IMG/VR virus record: IMGVR_UViG_3300032218_000766
Location: 1 to 31,005 of that record
Reading direction: 5' to 3' (one strand)
DNA length: 31,005 nucleotides
From: a virus
Taxonomy: Duplodnaviria > Caudoviricetes
Each line of letters begins with the position of its first letter. Within the stretch, counting starts at the first letter, position 1. Position numbers and translations under genes: made by a program. The notes beneath the pieces were generated by a model. It was given only the letters and a program-made list of their open reading frames with translations, was not told the origin of the DNA and ran no database searches. This document shows, in pieces, positions 16,886 through 24,867 of the stretch.

Positions 16886-17734
16886 ATGAATGACCTATAC
16901 CAAACACTTGGCGTAGATCCAGGCGCCTCACAAGACGAGATTAAATCGGCTTACCGAAAACTTGCAATGAAACATCACCCTGACCGTATGGGCGGTGATG
17001 ATACTAAGTTCAAAGAAATTCAAAATGCGTACGGCATTCTCGGTGACGCACAAAAGAAAGCAGAATACGATCACCAACGACAATATGGTGGCGGCCCTCA
17101 AGTTAGATTCCATACTGAAGGATTTCAAGACATTCCTGATATTTTTGGAGGGCGTGGACCATTTGGTTCACATCCATTTGCTGATATTTTTGGTCGACAA
17201 ATACGAAGAAATCGAGATTTAAATATACAATGCCAAATAACTTTAGTTGATTCATATAACGGAAAACAACTTGAAGCAAGTTACAAACTGCCTTCAGGAA
17301 AACATCAAACTGTAGTGATCAATGTGCCGGCCGGTATCGAACACGGTTCTACTATTAAATATGGTGGATTAGGCGATGATAGTGTTCCCAATATGCCGCG
17401 TGGCGATTTGAATGTAACTATTATTGTAATGCCCGATGCAAGATATGAAAGACGGGGCGCAGACTTGTATACTAATCTTGAAGTGACTCCTATTGAAGCA
17501 ATGATAGGATGTAAAAAAATCATTACTACTCTAGGCGGATCTAAACTTCCAGTGGATGTAAGACCCGGTGTTGAAACTGGTGTTGAATATGCCAGCAACG
17601 GGCACGGTTTTCCAAGTGTTAACTCCGATTATCGAGGAAAGTTTATTGCGGTTATAAAAATTGTTCCTATACCCGTTACCGATCCTACATTAGTCCAACG
17701 ACTTTCTCAAATCAACGCCGAACTTGGTTTTTAA
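16886..17734 (+). CDS. dnaJ: DnaJ-class co-chaperone lacking the zinc finger (CbpA/class B-like)
   Basis: J domain (LYQTLGV, EIKSAYRKLAMKHHPD, FKEIQNAY.ILGD), G/F region, and C-terminal domains (VPAGI, G.GD, PRGDL). No CxxCxGxG repeats. Confidence 0.92.
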   Translation: MNDLYQTLGVDPGASQDEIKSAYRKLAMKHHPDRMGGDDTKFKEIQNAYGILGDAQKKAEYDHQRQYGGGPQVRFHTEGFQDIPDIFGGRGPFGSHPFADIFGRQIRRNRDLNIQCQITLVDSYNGKQLEASYKLPSGKHQTVVINVPAGIEHGSTIKYGGLGDDSVPNMPRGDLNVTIIVMPDARYERRGADLYTNLEVTPIEAMIGCKKIITTLGGSKLPVDVRPGVETGVEYASNGHGFPSVNSDYRGKFIAVIKIVPIPVTDPTLVQRLSQINAELGF

Positions 17735-17745
17735 GTTCGAACAGT

Positions 17746-17773
17746 TTGACATTTTTAATAACAAGTGTATAAT
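17746..17773 (+). promoter_or_regulatory. Sigma70-type promoter for clpA
   Basis: TTGACA (17746-17751), 16 nt, TATAAT (17768-17773). Preceded by the hairpin CGAACTT-N7-AAGTTCG (17719-17739). Confidence 0.72.
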
Positions 17774-17804
17774 ATACTGACAACTCCAATAAGAAGGAAC
17801 AATA

Positions 17805-20072
17805 ATGGTTGAACCAAGTGATAACTTACAAGCAGTATTTGAAAAAGCTATTGATACTGCTAAACAGTTAAAGCACGAATACTTAACAATAGAACATCTG
17901 TTGTTTGCAATGCTTTTAGATGATTCATTCTCAAACTGCTTACAGGGATACGGATCGGATCCCGAGTACATTAAAAAGAATATCGAACATTATCTTAAAA
18001 ATAAATGTGATGAAATCACTGTTAATGAAGTGGTTGTAAAGCCAAAGAAAACACAAAGCGTTGAGCGTGTTCTTAATCGTGCATTTACACAGGTATTGTT
18101 TAACGGACGTCAACGCATTGAACCTGCTGATGTATTTCTTGCCATGATGGGCGAGAAGCGTAGCTGGGCACATTTTTATATTGCTCAAGCAGATATTGAT
18201 AAAGACAAGTTTGCTGATTATCTCAATAGCAATGTTAATAGTGATGACCAGGAAGAACCAGTGCAAGATACGCAAGTTGACAAGGCTCTTAAGGCATTTA
18301 CAACAAACCTTAACGAACAAGTTAATAAAAATAAGATTGATCCAGTTATTGGTCGTATTGATGAACTAGAAAATATTGCACTTGCAATGGGTCGTCGTAG
18401 CAAGAACAACGTTATTCTTGTTGGTGATCCAGGTGTTGGTAAAACTGCTATTGCAGAAGGTCTTGCTTTTAATATTGTTAAAGGTGCAGTTCCTGATTTC
18501 CTTAAAGACTATACAGTTTATAATCTAGACATTAGTGCTATGTTAGCTGGTAGTAAATATCGCGGTGACTTTGAAGAACGATTCAAGATGGTACTTAAAG
18601 GTCTTGCTAAGAAAGGTAAGACTGTATTGTTTATTGACGAAGCACACATGATTAGTGGTGCAGGTTCAGCAAGCAACTCTGCTAACGACCTTGCTAACAT
18701 GATGAAGCCTGCGTTGTCTAAAGGCAACATTAAAGTTGTAGCGTCGACTACTTGGGAAGAATATCGCAAGCATTTTGAGAAAGATCGTGCCCTAATGCGC
18801 CGATTCCAACGCATTACTGTTGACGAGCCGACTACAGAAGTTACACTACAAATCCTTAAAGGTATTAAGAAGTATTACGAAGACTTCCATAAAGTTAAGA
18901 TTAAAGATGATGCGCTACAAGCGGCTGTTAAGTTGTCAGTTAAATATCAAGCAGATAAGAAGTTGCCGGATAAAGCCATTGACTTAATTGATGTGGCATG
19001 TAGTCGTTTCAATCTTAAGTTAGCTGATGAGCGTATTATTACTGAAAGAGAAATTCAGTATGAACTCAGCAAAATGATTAACTTGCCTGAAGAGCAAGTT
19101 ATGGAAACTGAAAGCACTAACTTATCTAAACTACAAGATAATCTAGGTGCCGAAGTATATGGACAAGATACTGCATTACAAGAAGTAGTAGATAAAATTA
19201 TTGTTGCCCAAGCAGGACTAAAACCTGACAATAAACCCATTGGTAGCTTTGTGTTTATGGGGCCAACTGGTTGCGGTAAGACCGAAACTGCTAAGGCGCT
19301 GAGTAAGCACTTAGGTGTTAAGTTGTTAAGATTTGACATGTCAGAATACCAAGAGAAGCATAGCATCTCTAAGCTAATCGGTAGTCCTCCTGGTTATGTT
19401 GGCTTTGAAGAAAACGCAGGCTTGTTGATTACACAGATTCAAGAGAATCCAAATGCTGTTCTGTTGTTTGACGAAGTAGAAAAATCACATCCAGATGTTT
19501 CAACAGTATTGTTGCAGATGATGGATAACGGTTTTATTACAGGTTCAAATGGTAAACGTGCTGACTGCCGTAACTTGATCCTTATCTTAACTACTAATGC
19601 CGGTGCGGCAGATGCTGAAAAGAATGTTATTGGTTTTGGTACACAAGAAAAAGATTATAGTGACAAGGATTTAAAGAAATTCTTTACTCCAGAGTTCCGT
19701 AACCGCCTTGATGGTATCATTACCTTCAACAAGTTAGGTAAAGAAACAATGGTCAAAGTTGTTACTAAGTTTATCGATGAGTTGCGTGAACAGGTTAAAG
19801 AAAAAGCAGTTCGTATTAAGATTGATAAAGAAGCAGTCAGCTGGTTAATCGAAAAAGGCTTTGATGCTAAGATGGGTGCTCGTCCATTACAACGTGTTAT
19901 TGACAAGGAAATTAAACGTGACCTTGCTAAAATAATGTTGTTTGGGGACCTAAAGAACGGCGGATGGGTTACTATTAGTGTAGTTGATAATAAACTATCG
20001 TTAATCACAAGACCTAAGGCACCAAAAGTTCCGCTGTTAACAGCAGAGCTAACTACAGAAAATGCTAGTTAA
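17805..20072 (+). CDS. clpA: ClpA-type AAA+ unfoldase
   Basis: Clp N domain (HEYLTIEHLL), D1 (GDPGVGKT, FIDEAH) and D2 (GPTGCGKT, FDMSEYQEKH, DEVEK, GARPL). No M domain. The ClpP-docking IGF loop is present (KNVIGFG). Confidence 0.93.
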   Translation: MVEPSDNLQAVFEKAIDTAKQLKHEYLTIEHLLFAMLLDDSFSNCLQGYGSDPEYIKKNIEHYLKNKCDEITVNEVVVKPKKTQSVERVLNRAFTQVLFNGRQRIEPADVFLAMMGEKRSWAHFYIAQADIDKDKFADYLNSNVNSDDQEEPVQDTQVDKALKAFTTNLNEQVNKNKIDPVIGRIDELENIALAMGRRSKNNVILVGDPGVGKTAIAEGLAFNIVKGAVPDFLKDYTVYNLDISAMLAGSKYRGDFEERFKMVLKGLAKKGKTVLFIDEAHMISGAGSASNSANDLANMMKPALSKGNIKVVASTTWEEYRKHFEKDRALMRRFQRITVDEPTTEVTLQILKGIKKYYEDFHKVKIKDDALQAAVKLSVKYQADKKLPDKAIDLIDVACSRFNLKLADERIITEREIQYELSKMINLPEEQVMETESTNLSKLQDNLGAEVYGQDTALQEVVDKIIVAQAGLKPDNKPIGSFVFMGPTGCGKTETAKALSKHLGVKLLRFDMSEYQEKHSISKLIGSPPGYVGFEENAGLLITQIQENPNAVLLFDEVEKSHPDVSTVLLQMMDNGFITGSNGKRADCRNLILILTTNAGAADAEKNVIGFGTQEKDYSDKDLKKFFTPEFRNRLDGIITFNKLGKETMVKVVTKFIDELREQVKEKAVRIKIDKEAVSWLIEKGFDAKMGARPLQRVIDKEIKRDLAKIMLFGDLKNGGWVTISVVDNKLSLITRPKAPKVPLLTAELTTENAS

Positions 20073-20682
20073 AGAAACAAGAAGATTATTCTGGGGGAAA
20101 TACCAATACAAGATAGTATTGGTATGCCCTGCTTCTCCTTTAATGCGGGGGAATGATTTAGACAACGCACTTGATAGGTTGTTAAACTTTAATATCAATG
20201 ATAATAAATCTCCAATCCGTATTAAAACTAAAGATGTGCTCGACTATTGCATTGGTATTGTAAAAACATTACAGCAGATGCAAGATTACGAAATAAGAGT
20301 AGAATCACCGTTACTTACTGTATATACTAACACAAGATCAAATATTGACCTACTAGCACTAGCCGATTTAGATCATGTAAAATATATTAGTGTACCCAGT
20401 GCAAATTCTAACTTAGAACACAATACAGTAATAATGCCAAAGGTTGACTTTGATTTTAAAATTACTGTAGGCAGAACTAGACAAAACTACACAACATTTC
20501 TTAACTGGGCTGATCAAAATAAAAAGGTCAAGGTTACAAAAAGTTGTAGACGAGATTTGACTAAAAACACTAGCTGGGGTGGGACTCACTTTTATGTTAC
20601 CGGTGATAACAATTTATTGCTTATACGCATGATGTTAGGCGGTGTTATTTCTAAAGTAGAAAAAATCATTAAAAATAACTAA
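20062..20682 (+). CDS. Hypothetical phage protein
   Basis: 206-aa ORF overlapping the clpA end by 11 nt. No motif recognised. Confidence 0.75.
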   Translation: MLVKETRRLFWGKYQYKIVLVCPASPLMRGNDLDNALDRLLNFNINDNKSPIRIKTKDVLDYCIGIVKTLQQMQDYEIRVESPLLTVYTNTRSNIDLLALADLDHVKYISVPSANSNLEHNTVIMPKVDFDFKITVGRTRQNYTTFLNWADQNKKVKVTKSCRRDLTKNTSWGGTHFYVTGDNNLLLIRMMLGGVISKVEKIIKNN

Positions 20683-20704
20683 CTTAGACATTTTCAAAAT
20701 GCGA

Positions 20705-20710
20705 TAAATA
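20705..20710 (+). promoter_or_regulatory. Late promoter TAAATA heading the putative internal-head-protein cluster
   Basis: GATAAATAC in the intergenic gap, identical to the context at 3064-3072. Confidence 0.65.
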
Positions 20711-20723
20711 CTCTAAGAATCAA

Positions 20724-20746
20724 AAAATGCTGTGTTTCAGCATTTT
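20724..20746 (+). terminator. Hairpin, terminator-like or 5' leader stem
   Basis: AAAATGCTG-TGTTT-CAGCATTTT, followed by ATT. Confidence 0.5.
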
Positions 20747-20766
20747 ATTAAAACTTTGGGCTCAAA

Positions 20767-21102
20767 ATGCGCATTAACGAACTGCTAGAACATATTCAAG
20801 ATAAGAATCACAACGGAATCGACGATCAACTAGAGTTTGATCTGTCCGATGATTTGTTATTTTTTATGCATCACGATGATGATGTATATCGTCGTCATGT
20901 GTATCCTGCAATCTTAAAATACAAACAGCGCACAAAAAATGGTCTAAAAGTTCATCAAAACTTGTTTAGCGATGCTGTTAACTCATCCTACACAGAGTAT
21001 TGTAAAAAATATCCGTTAAGAAAGCTACCAGAAGATCTTCCTAAAGATGTACATAACAAACTATGTACAACAATGTGCGACGATATTAAAAAGAAGGACT
21101 AA
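20767..21102 (+). CDS. Hypothetical protein with MRINELLE leader
   Basis: 111-aa ORF. The leader resembles those of downstream genes. Contains a DKNHNGIDD Dx[DN]x[DN]G-like loop. Confidence 0.75.
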   Translation: MRINELLEHIQDKNHNGIDDQLEFDLSDDLLFFMHHDDDVYRRHVYPAILKYKQRTKNGLKVHQNLFSDAVNSSYTEYCKKYPLRKLPEDLPKDVHNKLCTTMCDDIKKKD

Positions 21103-21104
21103 CT

Positions 21105-22328
21105 GTGTTACTAAGAGAGTTATTCTTTCGTGAATCAGCTGAACCTGTTAAGAAAAAACTAGGTAGAGCATTTAACCACCCCGAAGACTTGACTTTTTTA
21201 AGGGGAGCCGATGGCGCTATAAAGGCCCTTGATCATATTGAAAGAACTGCTACAGCAAGTACTTCTCATACAAGATTTAAATGGGACGGCGCACCACAAG
21301 TATATTGGGGCTGGACCAAAGACGGACAGTTTATACTTTGTGGGCATAACGGATGGTTACGTGGCGGCACTGGAACTAGTAACGTTGATGATTTTACTAA
21401 TGGTCGGGCTATCTATAACTTCATTCTAAACAAGAGTGGCGATACTGCATCATTACCTGCAGATCAACAGGCGGAACGTCAACAGTTTGCCGCAGAGTTT
21501 AGTCACTTATATGATATTTTTAAGGCAGCTACTAAGCCTCCTAGAAAAGGGCAAGAAATTTATTTTTATGCAGATGGATTGTTTATAACTCCCCCGCAAG
21601 CTGATGCTAAGGGCGTATATCATTTACATCCTAATAAAAAAAGCAAAACACAATATAACATTGCTGATACTACCGAACTAGGGAAAAGAATAGCAGAAGG
21701 TGCCCAGGCTATGGTTGTTGGGCATGGAAGATTCACACATTTTGGTGCTGACGATGGCGAACAGATTCCAGTTCAGGATTTTACAAAATATATAACACCG
21801 ACTACAGAACTGATTATTGTTAGTCCATACTATGCTAAAAGCCAGCCACAAGTTGATACACAAGAGATTGACGCTGTTCGAGCAGAAATAGAAGATCATA
21901 GAAATACAATAGAAGAGTTTTTAGCACCCATACCTAAGGTATCTGGATTTAGAAGTATCATTTATAAGTACATGAATGAAAAATCTAAAGCAGGTCAGTT
22001 GGCCAATGTCGGTGATGATTTTATGATGTGGGTTGATGCAGGCGGTGGTGGTATGGTAAAAAGCGACAGTATGAAAGCGAATATTCGTGCTCGTGTCGAA
22101 GCTGTACCTGCAGGTGTTACTACTATTTTTATGTTTGTTAAAAAGATTATGAACTTAAAAAATCACCTGCTATCTCAACTAGAAACGGCACCTGAAGAAA
22201 TTATAGTGCTTAACTCCGAAGGGTGGGTTCAGTATGATACTCACACTGACGCAGATCATGTTAAGTACGTGCCAAGGCAGGATGTAAAACATCAAAGCGG
22301 CGAAATATTGCCAAAGTGGACACCATAA
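21105..22328 (+). CDS. Ligase-superfamily nucleotidyltransferase-like protein (from memory, DUF6267-like)
   Basis: GTG start with SD AAGGA. Motifs in ligase order: KWDG (I, 21279-21290), YADGLF (III-like), EGWV (IV) and VKYVPR (V-like). Confidence 0.55.
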   Translation: MLLRELFFRESAEPVKKKLGRAFNHPEDLTFLRGADGAIKALDHIERTATASTSHTRFKWDGAPQVYWGWTKDGQFILCGHNGWLRGGTGTSNVDDFTNGRAIYNFILNKSGDTASLPADQQAERQQFAAEFSHLYDIFKAATKPPRKGQEIYFYADGLFITPPQADAKGVYHLHPNKKSKTQYNIADTTELGKRIAEGAQAMVVGHGRFTHFGADDGEQIPVQDFTKYITPTTELIIVSPYYAKSQPQVDTQEIDAVRAEIEDHRNTIEEFLAPIPKVSGFRSIIYKYMNEKSKAGQLANVGDDFMMWVDAGGGGMVKSDSMKANIRARVEAVPAGVTTIFMFVKKIMNLKNHLLSQLETAPEEIIVLNSEGWVQYDTHTDADHVKYVPRQDVKHQSGEILPKWTP

Positions 22329-23935
22329 TGAAAGTAAGACAAATATTCGAAATTAACTTAGCAAGAGCCGCAGGCACACTTGATGATATTGTCGGACTTG
22401 CTAAACCTGCAAAAGCAACTAAGGCCGCAGAAGTTCCAGTTGAAAAAACTGCTAAAAAGACTGTAGGTCTTGCCAAGGCAGCGGCCAACGCTGAAGAAAA
22501 AGAAAAGAATAATAAGCATGCTTCATTTTGTTTTGGTCGTATGAATCCACCGCACTACGGACATCAAAGTTTATTTGGTGCTGTTAAAGCAAATGCCAAG
22601 GGCGGTGACTGGTTTATCTTTACCAGTAAAAGTCACGATAAGAAAAAGAATCCAATTCCTTATGCTGAAAAAGTTGAATGGATTAAAACATTAAATCCCG
22701 ATCTAGGTCATCACTTTGTTACCGATCCTAGTATCAAAACATTTTTACAGGCAGCGGCTTGGATATACAGTCAAGGTTATACCAGTGCTACATTTGTAGC
22801 AGGTGACGAAGACATGCCTGCAATGAAACCTCCATTAGAACAATATAATGGCGTTCAAAGTGCTCACGGATATTATAACTTCAAGCCGTTTGAGTTTTAT
22901 GAAAACGAACGTGTAACCAGTGCTACCAGTGCTAGACAAGCGGCTATTGATAATGATCCAAAGGCATTTGCGGCGGCTACTAAGGTACCAAATACTATAA
23001 CTGTAAACGGTAAAACATTATTTCAAGCAGTTCGAGATGGGCTAGGATTAAAAGAAACACTAGCTATGCCTAGCATGCCAGAGTTTAGACAAGACGGTGG
23101 TCATCATTCTTTAGAGATAAATGAAGGCTTAACTAATCTAAAAGTTCGTCACAACGGTAAACTGATCGGTGAGACAACTGGAAAGATTACCAAAGACGGC
23201 CGACTAGAAGTTAAACCAGCTAACCCTATATCGGCAGCGGCGGGCCTAATATATCCGCAAGTAGATCAAGTAGTAGTTGAAGATGCTCCTAAAGGTTGGG
23301 AAGGTACTGTTAAGGCCATGAAGAAGCACAAGGAGATCGATAACCCTTATGCTCTTACTAACTGGATGAAAAATAAAGGCTATAAAAGTCATAAAAAAGT
23401 TAAAGAAGATCCAGCAGGTGTTGGTACTATAACTAAACAAAATAGCACAGCAGATGTTAATAAACGAACACCACAAAAGAATCTTGATGCATTTCGTCTA
23501 GAAGAAATGTATAACGAAATGCTACAGGATGTAAAATCATCAGCTGTTGCAGAAGGCACAACTAATGCATCCGGTATAAAGGCCAAGGGCATTACTAAAA
23601 AGCCAGATCCAACACAAAAAGCCGCAATGAAAAATGCAATAACAATGCCTGATTTAAATCAAAGTTCGGGTAGTGCATATTTAGGTTGGCGTATGGGTAT
23701 TGCACTAGCAGGTGCTCCAGACTATCCAACTAAAGCAGAAGCTGACAACTGGATTGGTGGAGATCCATTGCTATCACCTTATACCGAAGAAGAAGCTGAA
23801 ATGGTCAAGGCGGCTAGTCTAGCAGTCGGTGGCGGAAGGATTGAAAACTGGAGTGGAAAGCGCAGTCAAGAGCTTCCAACTACTAACAAGATAAGTCCAA
23901 CTGCTAAACGCAAAAAGAATCAATACGGTGTATAA
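22328..23935 (+). CDS. HxGH nucleotidyltransferase (cytidyltransferase/NMNAT-like) domain fused to short C-terminal modules
   Basis: FCFGRMNPPHYGH, KKNPIPYAEK, FVAGD and TSATSAR (SxTxxR). Start moved to ATG 22328 (TAATG overlap). Confidence 0.8.
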   Translation: MKVRQIFEINLARAAGTLDDIVGLAKPAKATKAAEVPVEKTAKKTVGLAKAAANAEEKEKNNKHASFCFGRMNPPHYGHQSLFGAVKANAKGGDWFIFTSKSHDKKKNPIPYAEKVEWIKTLNPDLGHHFVTDPSIKTFLQAAAWIYSQGYTSATFVAGDEDMPAMKPPLEQYNGVQSAHGYYNFKPFEFYENERVTSATSARQAAIDNDPKAFAAATKVPNTITVNGKTLFQAVRDGLGLKETLAMPSMPEFRQDGGHHSLEINEGLTNLKVRHNGKLIGETTGKITKDGRLEVKPANPISAAAGLIYPQVDQVVVEDAPKGWEGTVKAMKKHKEIDNPYALTNWMKNKGYKSHKKVKEDPAGVGTITKQNSTADVNKRTPQKNLDAFRLEEMYNEMLQDVKSSAVAEGTTNASGIKAKGITKKPDPTQKAAMKNAITMPDLNQSSGSAYLGWRMGIALAGAPDYPTKAEADNWIGGDPLLSPYTEEEAEMVKAASLAVGGGRIENWSGKRSQELPTTNKISPTAKRKKNQYGV

Positions 23936-24228
23936 TGAAACAGTATAGGATTACAACACAAGATTTAAATCAAGATAGCAATGATGATTGCTACCTTACT
24001 CCTGAGGATCCTATACATGAAATGAAAGCACTTGCTGGCCTAGGAGGACTAGGCGGTCAAGCAAGGCTACATGAGCTAAGAGTACAACAGGGTAGTAACA
24101 TCAGTGTTACCGGTGATAACAAAGGCGAGTTAATGAAGCAACATAACATTAAACCAGGAACACCTGAATGGTTTAAGTTATGGTTTAGTTTGCCTTATAT
24201 GACTGGTGAAAAACCAGTAGGAAAATAA
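23935..24228 (+). CDS. Hypothetical phage protein (97 aa)
   Basis: TAATG coupling. Contains EMKALAGL and IKPGTPEWFKLWF. Confidence 0.8.
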   Translation: MKQYRITTQDLNQDSNDDCYLTPEDPIHEMKALAGLGGLGGQARLHELRVQQGSNISVTGDNKGELMKQHNIKPGTPEWFKLWFSLPYMTGEKPVGK

Positions 24229-24229
24229 T

Positions 24230-24841
24230 ATGAAAATTAAAGATTTAGACGAAGGATTTTATCGCAGTCACGGTAGGATGGATGCATACGATAGAGACTA
24301 TGCTTCTAGCGTATCAGGAATGGGTCGCCAACGTAGAGACATCGACGACGAAGCTAATCTTATGTACATCTATAAAGATGGTAGGCTTAAACAACGTATG
24401 ATTTCAAACCACGAAGAACGTTCTGCACATCAACAAGGTTTTAGAGGTTCACAAGAAGCCGCTTTAAAAGTACACGGTATTATTCGTAGTAAGTTTGATC
24501 CACATAAATGGGTACAAAAACAAGGAACTCAATGGTTACAAGTATACCCATTTGGCGAACCGGATAGTGTAGCAGAATCTGCTTCAGCTGGTGCAACTTC
24601 AGCTGCCAGTATCGGAACTGTAGATAATCCAGCTATTAGCCCGGGTAAAGCACGTGGCAAAAAGAGCTATATTGGTAGTCCTTGGGGAGGACAAAGTGGT
24701 ACAAAGGCACCCCCACAACCTAAGGTAGTACAGCCTAAAACTAAAGCAGGAACAGCCGTTAATGCGTTAGATATGAAGGGCAAAAAAGGAAACTTGTTCG
24801 GCGGTCCTGCAAACGAGTCATCAGTCATCAAAAGACGCTAA
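24230..24841 (+). CDS. Hypothetical protein, putative internal head protein
   Basis: MKIKDLDE leader, internal VAE|S junction, basic low-complexity C-terminus. Confidence 0.7.
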   Translation: MKIKDLDEGFYRSHGRMDAYDRDYASSVSGMGRQRRDIDDEANLMYIYKDGRLKQRMISNHEERSAHQQGFRGSQEAALKVHGIIRSKFDPHKWVQKQGTQWLQVYPFGEPDSVAESASAGATSAASIGTVDNPAISPGKARGKKSYIGSPWGGQSGTKAPPQPKVVQPKTKAGTAVNALDMKGKKGNLFGGPANESSVIKRR

Positions 24842-24844
24842 ATA
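24839..24844 (+). promoter_or_regulatory. Late promoter TAAATA overlapping the upstream stop codon
   Basis: GCTAAATAT lies 23 nt before ATG 24868 (SD GGAG). Confidence 0.6.
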
Positions 24845-24867
24845 TATAAAGATAACGGAGTTATACC

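Noticed and set aside
16886-20072. Bacterial chromosome or host contamination, suggested by dnaJ, clpA, groES, dps and phoH
   Set aside because: These genes are interleaved with phage structural and lysis genes, share the same compact junctions and composition, and lack their usual bacterial operon partners.
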